Source: SAR324 cluster bacterium (GTDB lineage Bacteria > SAR324 > NAC60-12). Taken from it: 64,000 nucleotides of DNA. A program made the translations under genes and the position numbers. Positions 16,928-27,079 of this stretch are shown piece by piece (position 1 is the stretch's first letter; the number at the start of each line of letters is the position of its first letter). The stretch covers positions 482-64,481 of the forward strand of contig JADFZZ010000027.1 of NCBI GenBank assembly GCA_015232315.1. The letters run 5' to 3'. Under the pieces are notes generated by a model, which saw only the letters and a program-made list of their open reading frames with translations, ran no database searches and was not told the DNA's origin.

Positions 16928-17977
16928 TTATTTGGGGGCTTCCTCTTCTTCAAACAGCAATGCGGATGTTCTGGGTTCGAAGAGCATCTTGCTGATGCGG
17001 ATCGCCAGATGCCCATTGAACGCCCCCTGAAATCCCTCAAATTTCGGAATATTGTTGGCCAGCACTTTCAGCGGTTGATCTACGCCCTGATTCAATACCA
17101 GGTGATCCCCTACATCCAGATTCAGAAAATGCCGCAACTTGATTTTGGCATGCCCGAGAAACACTCGGAGGTCTGCTTTGGTGTTTAGAACATTTTCTGA
17201 CAGGCGTGTCAGACTGAGCTGGTCTGTTTCAGAATTTTCTTTCTGGAACGTCGTGTTCAATTTAGAACGTATGGGGTCAAGCATACTGTAAGGAACACAG
17301 ATGCTGAGCGTCATGGGGGTCTGATGCACTTCCACATCAAACGTTGTCACCACCACCACTTCTGAGTCAGGCACAATATTGGTGAACTGAGGATTGGTTT
17401 CAGCCCTGGAAAACTTGACACGCAGAGGGATAAAGGGCTTCCAGGCACTCTGAAGATCTTCCAGTCCACTATGAATGACTTTTGATATCATCCGGAGTTC
17501 AATGGTAGAAAAATCCCGTTTGACAGACTGGATGTGCAATTCTCCTGAGCCCCCGAACAGCATGTCAATGAAGGTGTATACCAGTTTTTGCTCCAGCACC
17601 ATCATCCCTGTGCCTTTGAGCGGAGAAAAATGGAACAGGTTGAGCGATGACGGATAGGAGACTGAATTGAGAAAGTCCTTGAAGTTGACAAGTTCTGTCG
17701 CACGGAGTTCCATGTGTATCGGTCGCCGCAGGTGGTTTGACAGCGTTTGCCTGAAAATTCTGGCAAAGCGACTGTAAACCATTTCCAGTGCGGGCATCCG
17801 GCCACGAATAATCCGGTTATGACTGGCCAGATCATATTTCACAATACCGTCAGGGGATTCCTGTGGAGGGAGTTTCCGCGCAATGGGTGAGGCCTCAAAT
17901 TCAGGCTCCTCCACATCCCATTCAGGAATTCCACGTAGCAGTAAATCTACTTCTTTCTGAGTCAATAGCTGTACCAA
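16928..17977 (-). CDS. fliM: Flagellar motor switch protein FliM
   Basis: N-terminal 'LLTQKEVDLLL', 'IIRGRMPALE', 'FSTIELR', 'ETNPQF'; AGGAGG SD upstream of a TTG start. Confidence 0.93.
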   Translation of the reverse strand: MVQLLTQKEVDLLLRGIPEWDVEEPEFEASPIARKLPPQESPDGIVKYDLASHNRIIRGRMPALEMVYSRFARIFRQTLSNHLRRPIHMELRATELVNFKDFLNSVSYPSSLNLFHFSPLKGTGMMVLEQKLVYTFIDMLFGGSGELHIQSVKRDFSTIELRMISKVIHSGLEDLQSAWKPFIPLRVKFSRAETNPQFTNIVPDSEVVVVTTFDVEVHQTPMTLSICVPYSMLDPIRSKLNTTFQKENSETDQLSLTRLSENVLNTKADLRVFLGHAKIKLRHFLNLDVGDHLVLNQGVDQPLKVLANNIPKFEGFQGAFNGHLAIRISKMLFEPRTSALLFEEEEAPK

Positions 17978-17999
17978 AACGCCTCCTTTGAAGGAAATT

Positions 18000-18467
18000 A
18001 TGAAACTTGGAGTTCTTGTCTATATTGAACGCTCTGACGGTCATGTTCTCATGATCCATCGTCAGAAACACGACGAGCACCTTGGCTTCTGGCTTGCGCC
18101 AGGCGGAAAACTTGAACGCAATGAAGCACCTGATGAAACAGCGATCCGTGAGGTGCTGGAAGAAACCGGACTGCATGTTCCGCATCCGAAAATGAAAGCC
18201 GTGCTGTCTTTTCCTGATCTGGGTGATTCCCCGTTTGGTGATGAATGGCATGTTTTTGTATTTCATGCCACAGAATTTTCCGGTGAACTGCTGGACGTGT
18301 CCGTGGAAGGAACGCTCCACTGGGTGCCCAGACAAAAGCTGATTGAACTGCCCATGTGGGAAGGTGACCGGCTGTTCACGCCCAGAATTTTTGAAAACGA
18401 TTTTTTTTATGGCAAACTGGTTTATCGTGGACAGACACTGGTTGAAGCCTCTTTCAGCAAGGATTGA
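18000..18467 (+). CDS. NUDIX hydrolase (8-oxo-dGTP diphosphatase, MutX/MTH1-like)
   Basis: Nudix box 'GGKLERNEAPDETAIREVLEETGL'; 'LPMWEGD'. Confidence 0.88.
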   Translation: MKLGVLVYIERSDGHVLMIHRQKHDEHLGFWLAPGGKLERNEAPDETAIREVLEETGLHVPHPKMKAVLSFPDLGDSPFGDEWHVFVFHATEFSGELLDVSVEGTLHWVPRQKLIELPMWEGDRLFTPRIFENDFFYGKLVYRGQTLVEASFSKD

Positions 18468-18542
18468 GCCTTCCTTTTTTCATGGTATTCAATGTTATTT
18501 TTTGTTCCATGTTCCCGTACCCTGAATTCCTGATTCCTTTGT

Positions 18543-18995
18543 TCAAGACTGGGTTTCCCGAATGAAACCCCTTGAAATAGCATCAATAATTTCCTCAATT
18601 TCCTGAAGCACCACTGGCAGATTCGGCTTGGAAAAGCTCATTTCTGGCGCAGGAACGCGATGATGCCTGATGTCAGGTGGTATATGCTTGTGATGGGGAA
18701 ATGTTGAGGCTAAATCAGGATGATGGGGATGTGGGAAATCATCATACCAATACAATCGGTTTTCCTGGTGATACACTTCATATCCGTAAGCCGTAATCAA
18801 ACCGGCGTCAAAATCCAGTTCTTCCCGCATTCGCAGGCGTACTCCGTAGGCAAAGTACACCTCGCCTTCCGCTGTTCCTGTGTATGGGCTGTCCGACCAA
18901 ACCACGATGGTAGAACGTTGCATGGATGAACGATGGAGCAGTTCTGTAATAAACAGACTGTAATCTGCCAGAGAGTTGAGACTCTGATTCTCCAT
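18543..18995 (-). CDS. Putative toxin, DUF6516/TumE-like
   Basis: '[23 protein letters not shown]' matches the YDNxPH..FPHHKH signature. Confidence 0.75.
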   Translation of the reverse strand: MENQSLNSLADYSLFITELLHRSSMQRSTIVVWSDSPYTGTAEGEVYFAYGVRLRMREELDFDAGLITAYGYEVYHQENRLYWYDDFPHPHHPDLASTFPHHKHIPPDIRHHRVPAPEMSFSKPNLPVVLQEIEEIIDAISRGFIRETQS

Positions 18996-18996
18996 A

Positions 18997-19266
18997 TCAA
19001 TATACAGGTTGAACACGTAAGGTTTCTATTACGTCGTGTTGTTTGAATTGCTGAGTATAGGATTCTTTCCGTCGTAACCATGTTTCATAAATACCTTTCC
19101 AGCGGCTGAAATCCGCACGGGTTTCATCATACTCATCATATCGTTCTAACTGGCCGGACATGAGTGCCGTATAGAAATCTTCACTTAGAATTCCATATTT
19201 TTCTTCATAGAGTGTCAGACGGCGCTCGATCAGTTTCATTTCAATCACTAACTCATGGATTTGCAT
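18997..19266 (-). CDS. Putative antitoxin (TumA-like)
   Basis: '[13 protein letters not shown]...DFSRW' motif; stop 1 bp before the toxin start. Confidence 0.7.
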   Translation of the reverse strand: MQIHELVIEMKLIERRLTLYEEKYGILSEDFYTALMSGQLERYDEYDETRADFSRWKGIYETWLRRKESYTQQFKQHDVIETLRVQPVY

Positions 19267-19392
19267 AATATTCTCTCCATTTCCAGAATTTATGGTCAAT
19301 GTTACAATGATTTCATGATAAAAATATCATAAATTTTGTGAATCAGCATCTTCATAATTTGGAAGATGACTGAGCACGGGAGTGCTCTCGCA

Positions 19393-20598
19393 TTAAGAAA
19401 CAGGTCTAACCGAAACAACGGTTCCCGCAGGCATTTCCGGTGAATTGGATTCAACCACAATCAAGGCATTGGCTTCACTCAGGGAATTGAGACTGTGAGA
19501 TCCCTGACTGGCCATTGGTCGGACCTGTGCCGGAACACAGTCCCGGTCTAGCCATGCCCGCAGGTATTGCTGGCGGCCTGCCCGATGCCTGACAGGCTCT
19601 GTCAATACGGCTGGTACGAGCGGTTTCACATAAGGCGTTCGGCCCATCCGTTTCCGGATGGAAGGGCGCACAAATTCTTCAAAGACCACAAAGCTGGATG
19701 CTGGATTGCCCGGCATGCCAAAGACCAGTGTTTCGTTTTTTTTGCCAAAAAAGAATGGTTTTCCGGGCTTGATCGAAACTTTCCAGAATATTTCTTCAAC
19801 CCCCAATCGTTCCAGCGTGTCTTTCACAAAATCATGATCGCCCACAGAAACTCCACCTGAAATCAGCACCATATCAGCGTCCATGGCTTTTTTCAAATGC
19901 TGTTCCAGCAGGTCCGGGCGATCTTCAACAATTCCCAGGCGCCATGCGGCGCAATGTTCTGATCCAACCAAGGCTGTGAACATGTGACTGTTGGAATCCC
20001 TGATTTTTCCCGGAGCTAACGGATCTTCCACATTGACCAGTTCACTGCCAGTGGACAGGATCGCAACTTTCAAGGGCTGAAACACAGGTACTTCCGCATA
20101 ACCAAACGCGGCCAAAACCGCTATTTGCGTGGGGCCAAGGTTCATTCCGGTTTTGAGGATCTGCTGTCCGTGTTGTATGTCTTCCCCCCGGTAACGCACA
20201 TTGTCGCCCAGGCGGGGACTGCGGGTAAACTGAATATTTGTACCAGCCACTGTCACACTTTCTTTCATCACGACGGTATCCACGCCCGGAGGCATTTCAG
20301 ATCCCGTCGCAATCTGGTAGCACTCACCGGGTCCGGGTTGTTCCGTTTCATGGAGACCCGCCGGTACAAAGCCACGATTTCTGAGTGTGACAGGATGGTC
20401 TGTGGAAGCTTCAACCAGGTCCGCATGCCGAACGGCATAGCCATCCATCGCAGAGTTGTCAAACAACGGCAAATCAGAGGTTGCTGTCAGGTTTTGGGCC
20501 AGAATCAATCCATGAATTTGGTTCAAGGGTAACAGAATGGTCTTTCCGGCAGGGGTATGATCCAGAATGATATTTCGTGCCTGATCAGGGTGCAGCAT
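19393..20598 (-). CDS. moeA: Molybdopterin molybdotransferase MoeA
   Basis: 'FDNSAMDGYA', 'STGSEL', 'SGGVSVGDHDFV', 'IKPGKP', 'GMPGNP'. Confidence 0.95.
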   Translation of the reverse strand: MLHPDQARNIILDHTPAGKTILLPLNQIHGLILAQNLTATSDLPLFDNSAMDGYAVRHADLVEASTDHPVTLRNRGFVPAGLHETEQPGPGECYQIATGSEMPPGVDTVVMKESVTVAGTNIQFTRSPRLGDNVRYRGEDIQHGQQILKTGMNLGPTQIAVLAAFGYAEVPVFQPLKVAILSTGSELVNVEDPLAPGKIRDSNSHMFTALVGSEHCAAWRLGIVEDRPDLLEQHLKKAMDADMVLISGGVSVGDHDFVKDTLERLGVEEIFWKVSIKPGKPFFFGKKNETLVFGMPGNPASSFVVFEEFVRPSIRKRMGRTPYVKPLVPAVLTEPVRHRAGRQQYLRAWLDRDCVPAQVRPMASQGSHSLNSLSEANALIVVESNSPEMPAGTVVSVRPVS

Positions 20599-20650
20599 GA
20601 CGCTCCTATGAGATTGATGTTTATCCGATAAATAATTGGCAGTGGCGGGT

Positions 20651-22000
20651 TTACGTATTTGCTTTTGAATCTGGAAAATGAATGAGACGCAAGATCAGCC
20701 CCATGAACAGATACACCATCGTCTGAACTTCACTGTCACGGAAATTGTTTTCAAAGAAGCCTGCCAGCATGAAGCCTATGGTGGCAGACAGGACGCCCCA
20801 CATCAGGGATTGGTTATATTTATCGGTGATTTTTTTGTAATGAACCAACAACTGTCCGATCCAGGTGATCCAGATGGCCATGTAGGCCATAAAGCCGACA
20901 AAACCCGTGTTTAGGAAGGTCTGGATGTAGATGTTGTGAACGCCCGCACTGGGCTTGTTGAAAAAACGATGGCCTGTCCGTTCAGCAAGGGGGGTTCGAT
21001 AGCGGTCCATCACCTCCCGGTCATTGTCAAAACCGATTCCAAACCAGAAATGATCCTTGATCGCATTGATTCCGGATTCCCACATGAGCAGGCGGTCCTC
21101 ATTGTATTTCAGCATGAAACCACTGGTAATTCGACTCCAGACCACGTCACTGAACGAATCGGAGGAAGAAGGCTTTTCGCCCTGGTTGAGATACACTGAA
21201 CCAAGAATCACCACGGCGGAGCCAACCCCGATCAGCAGGGAAAAGAACAGTTTTTTTGAAAAATGATAAAGGAGCAGCAGGATGCTGAAAAAGGTGCCGA
21301 TCCACACACTTCGAGCCAGTGATAAGACGATGGCCAACAGCATCAGCGCGGTACTTCCTGAAATCGTGAGCCGCTGCCGCTCGGGCAGTGTGCCCGGACG
21401 AAGGACCAGTGAAAAAAACAGGGGGAAACTCAGCAGAAGCACGCCGCCATAAGTGAGGTGGTTGGAATAATTGCCCTTGGCATGAAAAAACGGGGTGTAG
21501 CCATAAGTTGTAAAACAGGGATGCTTGTATGGTTTGGGGTGACTGTTTCCAAAGAAATCAAACCATTCCGCTCCTGTAAAAAACTGAATAATTCCATACA
21601 CAGAGATCACCGTCAGAAAGAACATGAAAATCTGCATCACATGGCGATGATTTTCTTCTTTCAGTGAAAACATCAACGCAAATGGCAGAAACATCCGCCA
21701 GTTGTTCCAGAGCATCATGCCAACCCTTGTTGTGTAGGGTGTCAACAACGTTGAAACCAACTGTACCAGCACCCAGACCATCAATGCCAGAAACAGGGGA
21801 TGCTTCCATAAAACCGGACGGGGATTACGCCAGAGTTTATACACGCCGACCAGATATAATCCCACAATAGCGGCATCGGTGCCTGCAATGGAAAATGTGC
21901 TGAAAACAAACACCCCATAGAGGAAAAAACGATTCCAGAACGAACTGTTGGTGATTTCCCGAAACAATATCCGGGAAGATTCAGCGTTGATTGAGGGCAT
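20651..22000 (-). CDS. O-antigen ligase/Wzy_C family membrane protein
   Basis: Multi-TM; 'ARSVWIG', 'RLLMW', 'GIGF', 'HNIYIQ'. Confidence 0.85.
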   Translation of the reverse strand: MPSINAESSRILFREITNSSFWNRFFLYGVFVFSTFSIAGTDAAIVGLYLVGVYKLWRNPRPVLWKHPLFLALMVWVLVQLVSTLLTPYTTRVGMMLWNNWRMFLPFALMFSLKEENHRHVMQIFMFFLTVISVYGIIQFFTGAEWFDFFGNSHPKPYKHPCFTTYGYTPFFHAKGNYSNHLTYGGVLLLSFPLFFSLVLRPGTLPERQRLTISGSTALMLLAIVLSLARSVWIGTFFSILLLLYHFSKKLFFSLLIGVGSAVVILGSVYLNQGEKPSSSDSFSDVVWSRITSGFMLKYNEDRLLMWESGINAIKDHFWFGIGFDNDREVMDRYRTPLAERTGHRFFNKPSAGVHNIYIQTFLNTGFVGFMAYMAIWITWIGQLLVHYKKITDKYNQSLMWGVLSATIGFMLAGFFENNFRDSEVQTMVYLFMGLILRLIHFPDSKANT

Positions 22001-22015
22001 GGTGGATCCTGATTT

Positions 22016-22504
22016 TTAGCCGGTGATATCGCGGAGTGTGTAACAAAAATCCGGATGTTGCTGATGATGGCGGATATAATGCGAAGATAGTCCCAGCAAT
22101 TCCATTTGAAGAATGGTGATTATATTGGGAACGAGGTCGGTGATTTCAGTGATTCCTGAAAATTCATGGTAAAACTTTTTGAAGTCTCCGGTCATTTTAA
22201 TAACAACCTGATGGGTGAGCTTTAAAAAACTGATCACTGTTTCAACAGGCAATTCGTCGGTTTCTCTCAGGAACAAGGGGATGTTGTGTTCCCATAAGCC
22301 GTAATACAGCATGACTCTGAAATCCTGAACCTGAAAGCAATGGACCAGAGCAAATTCAAACAAATCCCACAACAGGGCATTTTGGGCCGGACGACCATCC
22401 ACAGGGGTGATACTGGTTTTTCCGGGATGCTTGAAGTGAAATCGCGGAATGGTAATCTGGCACATTGGATTTTTACACTGACTGCAATCTTGGTGAAGAC
22501 TCAT
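22016..22504 (-). CDS. Hypothetical protein with N-terminal CxxCx4C
   Basis: 162 aa; ATGA overlap with the upstream ATPase. Confidence 0.65.
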   Translation of the reverse strand: MSLHQDCSQCKNPMCQITIPRFHFKHPGKTSITPVDGRPAQNALLWDLFEFALVHCFQVQDFRVMLYYGLWEHNIPLFLRETDELPVETVISFLKLTHQVVIKMTGDFKKFYHEFSGITEITDLVPNIITILQMELLGLSSHYIRHHQQHPDFCYTLRDITG

Positions 22505-23475
22505 AACGATTTAAGCTGTTGATAATATAATGTGGTTTCTTCGATCAGAGCATCCGCTCCAAAAGCCGTAACATCGTCCCATTTGTCCGTAATGTCCAGA
22601 GCAATTTTCTGAACACGCCGAGCAAAAGTACTCTCAGGATAATGGCGTAGCAAGGGCACCGAACGATAGGTTGCTTCACGGGCGTGACGGTCTTCAAACA
22701 GACTGCCAAAATGGCTCAGCGACATGGCCAGGGTGGCTCGACTGGTTTCATTCAGTTTGTGACAAATGCCCAATTGTTCGGGAAGAAGGCACAAATTATA
22801 CACAATACGGGGTTGGTAACGTTCCAGCAGATTTCTGGCGGCAACGGCCGCATTGCGGTCTGTGACTCCCAGACGTTCGATCATCATCGGAATGGTCAAT
22901 TGTCCGGCACGTGTGGGCAAACTGCGGAAATGGTGCAACTGCTCCCATGCCGCTGGGAATTTTTTCAACTCCCGGTCAAAGGCCCGAAACAGAAAATTTC
23001 TGAGAAACGTCAGCAGATTCATGATTGCCGGATATTCCGGGGTGGTCACCAGCAAACTGTGGCGCGCCACCGCAAAAAAATCCAGAGTATTGAATTCGCT
23101 ACCACCACCCAGATCCAGCAAAATATAGTCCGCTTTCAACCATTTGATGGAAAGCAGTAGCCGGATTTTTTCTGAAAAAGAAATATTGGCCATGCAGGGC
23201 GTGCGGGCATCTCCGGGAATAAATCCCAGATTTTCTATTCCTGTCGCAACAACCAGCGATTCCAGTGTTTCAGTTTTTGAAAGCAGATAATCGCCCACAC
23301 CCGGGTAGTGGTTGGGTAACCCCAGATAGGAATGCAGATTGGAACCGCCCAGATCGAGGTCAACCGCAATGGTTCGATAGCCCATGTCTGCCAGTGCAAT
23401 AGCCAGATTCGCGGTAATCAGGCTTTTGCCGACACCGCCTTTTCCACTTGCTACCGCTATAATGGTGGGATTCAT
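22501..23475 (-). CDS. MinD/FlhG(FleN)-family P-loop ATPase
   Basis: Deviant Walker A 'SGKGGVGKS', 'DLDLGGSNLH', 'LLDLGGG', 'TTPE'. Confidence 0.88.
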   Translation of the reverse strand: MNPTIIAVASGKGGVGKSLITANLAIALADMGYRTIAVDLDLGGSNLHSYLGLPNHYPGVGDYLLSKTETLESLVVATGIENLGFIPGDARTPCMANISFSEKIRLLLSIKWLKADYILLDLGGGSEFNTLDFFAVARHSLLVTTPEYPAIMNLLTFLRNFLFRAFDRELKKFPAAWEQLHHFRSLPTRAGQLTIPMMIERLGVTDRNAAVAARNLLERYQPRIVYNLCLLPEQLGICHKLNETSRATLAMSLSHFGSLFEDRHAREATYRSVPLLRHYPESTFARRVQKIALDITDKWDDVTAFGADALIEETTLYYQQLKSL

Positions 23476-23687
23476 TGTGTGTTTTAACTACAGGTTCACG
23501 TAATGCTGACAATTGAGCTTTCTGTAATCTAGGTATAAGGAGACAACAAAAAAAGCAAAGAAATTCTTGCGCTGGCATCCGCTCAAATTTATCCTTGCTT
23601 TTCGATATTTATCAATGTCATATCCCTAGAGGATTCCAAATAAAAACAAAATGATATTATGACTGCGATGAAGACCGGGGGGCTTCA

Positions 23688-26600
23688 GTGAAACAGGGAC
23701 TACTCACAGGAAAAATACAATCATTGACTGGCCTGGTAATCGGAATAATGCTGTTTTGTCAGGGGCTTCCCCTGCTGATGGCACAGGAACCTGTTCTCGT
23801 TCTTGATAAGGCTATGGAAATCAATGGGCTGGGTCAGCAGATGAGCATCCTCGAAGATATTTCAGGGAAACTCACGCAGGAAGAGGTTCTTGCCTCCAAC
23901 GAGTTTGTGCGGTCAGAGAATGATGCTCCAAGTCTCGGTTTCACCACGTCTTCTTTCTGGTTGCGATTCACACTGCTCAATCCTGAGGACACAACGGTTG
24001 ATCGAGTATTGCTGTTCAGCTATCCACGGGTGAGAGGCGTGGATCTCTATGTGCCCTCCCCGGAAAATCCCCTGCGCTATGAAGTCAAACACTCTGGCAG
24101 CAACCAACCGTTTCATCAGCGTGAAATTCCCTATCGCAACTACGCCTTTTCAATAAAAGTTCCCCCCAAAAAACCGCTCACCTGTTACATGCGCATCGAC
24201 TCCGGAGATTCGTTGATCCTGCCCTTGACGCTCTATCAGCCCAGAGCGTTTACCAAATACATGTTGCTCGATTATGTCATTCTGGGGTTTTACTATGGGG
24301 CGATGGTGATCATTCTGATATACAACTGCCTGTTGTTTGCGGGCACACGGGATCAAACCTATCGTGACTATTCACTGATGCTGGCCTGCATCATTCTGTT
24401 CAGTCTGACCATTGATGGATCCCTGTCTCAATTTATTGCGTTTCATACACCAGAACTGGAAAATATCAGCCGGCCATTTCTGTTGTGTCTGCTCGTTTTT
24501 CTCGGGTTGCAATTCAGCCGTTCGTTTATCAACATCAAGGAACTTTCACCAGTCCTGGATAATGTTGTGAAAGTGATCATGGCCTCAGCCATCGCAGGCC
24601 TGGTGATTTCTCCGTTCACGCCATATTTTCCCACGTTGCAAACGTCCATTCTGTTTGCGTTCATGGCCTTGGGAGTCGCGACAATCATCACTCTTTATGG
24701 CCTCTGGAAACGGAATCGACAGTCTTTTTTTTACGCCATAGCCGGGTTTGGCTTCATGCTGGGCGGAGTGACGCTCATTTTGGCCAATTTCGGCATTCTG
24801 CCCTACAATCTGATCACCACCTGGGGCGCCTTCACAGGTTTTCTCACTCAGGCTGTTCTACTGTCGCTGGGGTTGGCTGACCGGATCAAAACATTGCAAA
24901 AAGAAGCGCTTGAAGCACAGAAAGTGGCCATTGACAGTCTGCAACGCGCGGATCAACTCAAGGATGAGTTTCTGGCAAACACGTCTCATGAACTCCGGAC
25001 TCCGTTGAATGGAATCATCGGTCTCAGTGAATCCATGCTGTTTCTCAATCAGTTTGAAAAAAAGGATGAAGTTGTCCAGAATTTGAAAATGATCATCCAG
25101 AGTGGCAAGCGTCTGTCCAGTCTGGTGAATGATCTGCTGGATTTTTCAAAAATGAAACATCAGGAATTGATGCTTCAGTTCAAACCTGTAGATGTCCGCA
25201 GTATCACGGACACGGTGATCTCCATTCTCTCACCGCTTCTGAGTCACAAGCAGGTCAAGTTACATCACACCATGCAGGGGTTGATGCCGCTGGTCTGGGG
25301 CGATGAAAACCGGGTGGAACAGATCCTGATGAATCTTGTGGGAAATGCCATTAAATTCACGGATGAAGGTTCCATCATGATTCAGCATCAGGTCATTTCT
25401 CCATTTCTGGTGATTCATATCACAGACACAGGAATCGGGATTCCGCGGGAAAAACAAAAAGATATTTTCAAGGCGTTTGATCAGGTGGATGGGTCCATTT
25501 CACGGCAATACGGGGGCACAGGCCTTGGTCTTTCAATCAGCCGGCAATTGGTGGAACTGCTTGGCGGAACATTGAAAGTGGAAAGCGAGGTCAACAAGGG
25601 TTCGACCTTCACGTTCACCCTGCCGTTAGCGACCGAAGAACAGAAAAACAACTGGAAAGCAATTCCCGGAATGCCGCCCCCCCCACAAAAAGAGTTATCG
25701 CCGGATTCCCTTCTTATCCCGCAGATTCAGTTGAAGGAACATAATCCGGAGTCAGGAAACAGAACCATTCTGATTGTGGATGATGAACCTATCAATGTGC
25801 AGGTACTCAAGAGTCATTTGAGTGATCTCCCCTTTCAGATCAGGGTCGCCTGGGATGGTGTGGAAGCACTCCAGTCCATCAAGACTCAAGTGCCGGATCT
25901 GATTCTGCTGGATTTGATGATGCCGCGAATGAGTGGCTATGAAGTCTGTCGTGAAATTCGCAAAACGATGGATCCCGCAACCATGCCGATTCTGATTTTG
26001 ACCGCGAAAACACAAACAGAAGACATGATTGAAGGCCTACGTGCCGGGGCCAATGATTATCTCACAAAACCCTTCAATCGGGATGAACTCATTGCCCGAA
26101 TTCAGACACAGATCCGTTTCAGGGAAGCGGTGGATACTCTGCGGGAGTCAGAACGTCTGGGCATGGAACTCAAGACAGCCCAAACGGTGCAGGAATTGCT
26201 GATTCCCAAACAGGATCCTTCACTCGAAGAGCTGGAAATTGCCAGTTATTACAGTCCAGCCGCTGAAACTGGCGGCGACTGGTATAGTTACCGCCATCAT
26301 CCTGAAAACAGAACGCTGGATATTTTGATTGGCGATGTGACCGGGCATGGGGTTGCCGCGGCACTGATCACAGCCATGGCGGACAGTGTGTATGCCTCGG
26401 TTTCAGAACAGCGGAAACGATTGAAAGAACTCCATCAACCTGATTCCTATCTGTGGCATCCCACTTATTATGTCGAAATGCTGAACAACGTATTGTTCAC
26501 TGCCACCAGAGGACTCTACAACATGACATTTTTTTATTCAGTGATTGATCTGGAGCGCAATATCATGGTGTTTTCCAGTGCGGGCCACCCACCCTGCATC

Positions 26601-26957
26601 ATCTGGCGACCCGGTAAATTTAAGATTTTACGCAAGGGAATCGCGGTGTTTCAGCCTTTTTTGGAAATCAGTATCCGCAGTATGTATCTCGGTTATGAAG
26701 CCGGCAAACATTTTGACATACAGACACAGGAACTGGAGTCAAATGATGTGATCATCTGGTATACCGATGGTCTGGTAGAAAACAGCAATGCCGACCGGGA
26801 ACCGTTCGGGAAAAGACGACTCAAACAGATCATTCAGAACTGTGCGGGCTTGACAGCGCATCAGATCAGGGACCGTATCGTGGAAGGCGTAAAAGCTCAT
26901 TGCGGCGCATTTCCACAAGAAGATGACATCACGTTGATTGTGGCAAAGATCCACTGA
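23688..26957 (+). CDS. 7TM-DISM sensor - histidine kinase - receiver - PP2C/SpoIIE phosphatase fusion
   Basis: 7TMR-DISMED2 'SLGFT..FWLRF'; 7 TM; 'SHELRTPLNG'; 'GGTGLGL'; REC 'LLDLMMP'; PP2C 'GGDWY', 'GDVTGHG', 'YTDGL', 'DDIT'. Confidence 0.92.
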   Translation: MKQGLLTGKIQSLTGLVIGIMLFCQGLPLLMAQEPVLVLDKAMEINGLGQQMSILEDISGKLTQEEVLASNEFVRSENDAPSLGFTTSSFWLRFTLLNPEDTTVDRVLLFSYPRVRGVDLYVPSPENPLRYEVKHSGSNQPFHQREIPYRNYAFSIKVPPKKPLTCYMRIDSGDSLILPLTLYQPRAFTKYMLLDYVILGFYYGAMVIILIYNCLLFAGTRDQTYRDYSLMLACIILFSLTIDGSLSQFIAFHTPELENISRPFLLCLLVFLGLQFSRSFINIKELSPVLDNVVKVIMASAIAGLVISPFTPYFPTLQTSILFAFMALGVATIITLYGLWKRNRQSFFYAIAGFGFMLGGVTLILANFGILPYNLITTWGAFTGFLTQAVLLSLGLADRIKTLQKEALEAQKVAIDSLQRADQLKDEFLANTSHELRTPLNGIIGLSESMLFLNQFEKKDEVVQNLKMIIQSGKRLSSLVNDLLDFSKMKHQELMLQFKPVDVRSITDTVISILSPLLSHKQVKLHHTMQGLMPLVWGDENRVEQILMNLVGNAIKFTDEGSIMIQHQVISPFLVIHITDTGIGIPREKQKDIFKAFDQVDGSISRQYGGTGLGLSISRQLVELLGGTLKVESEVNKGSTFTFTLPLATEEQKNNWKAIPGMPPPPQKELSPDSLLIPQIQLKEHNPESGNRTILIVDDEPINVQVLKSHLSDLPFQIRVAWDGVEALQSIKTQVPDLILLDLMMPRMSGYEVCREIRKTMDPATMPILILTAKTQTEDMIEGLRAGANDYLTKPFNRDELIARIQTQIRFREAVDTLRESERLGMELKTAQTVQELLIPKQDPSLEELEIASYYSPAAETGGDWYSYRHHPENRTLDILIGDVTGHGVAAALITAMADSVYASVSEQRKRLKELHQPDSYLWHPTYYVEMLNNVLFTATRGLYNMTFFYSVIDLERNIMVFSSAGHPPCIIWRPGKFKILRKGIAVFQPFLEISIRSMYLGYEAGKHFDIQTQELESNDVIIWYTDGLVENSNADREPFGKRRLKQIIQNCAGLTAHQIRDRIVEGVKAHCGAFPQEDDITLIVAKIH

Positions 26958-27079
26958 TTTATCCCCGATGCGGGAAGCGCACACATAAAGCACTTGTGAT
27001 AAGAACTCGTTTCAGGTTATGAAAAAAGCGTCACTGACAAGCGGACATCCATGTCAAATATTTTAGCAGGGAAACAATT

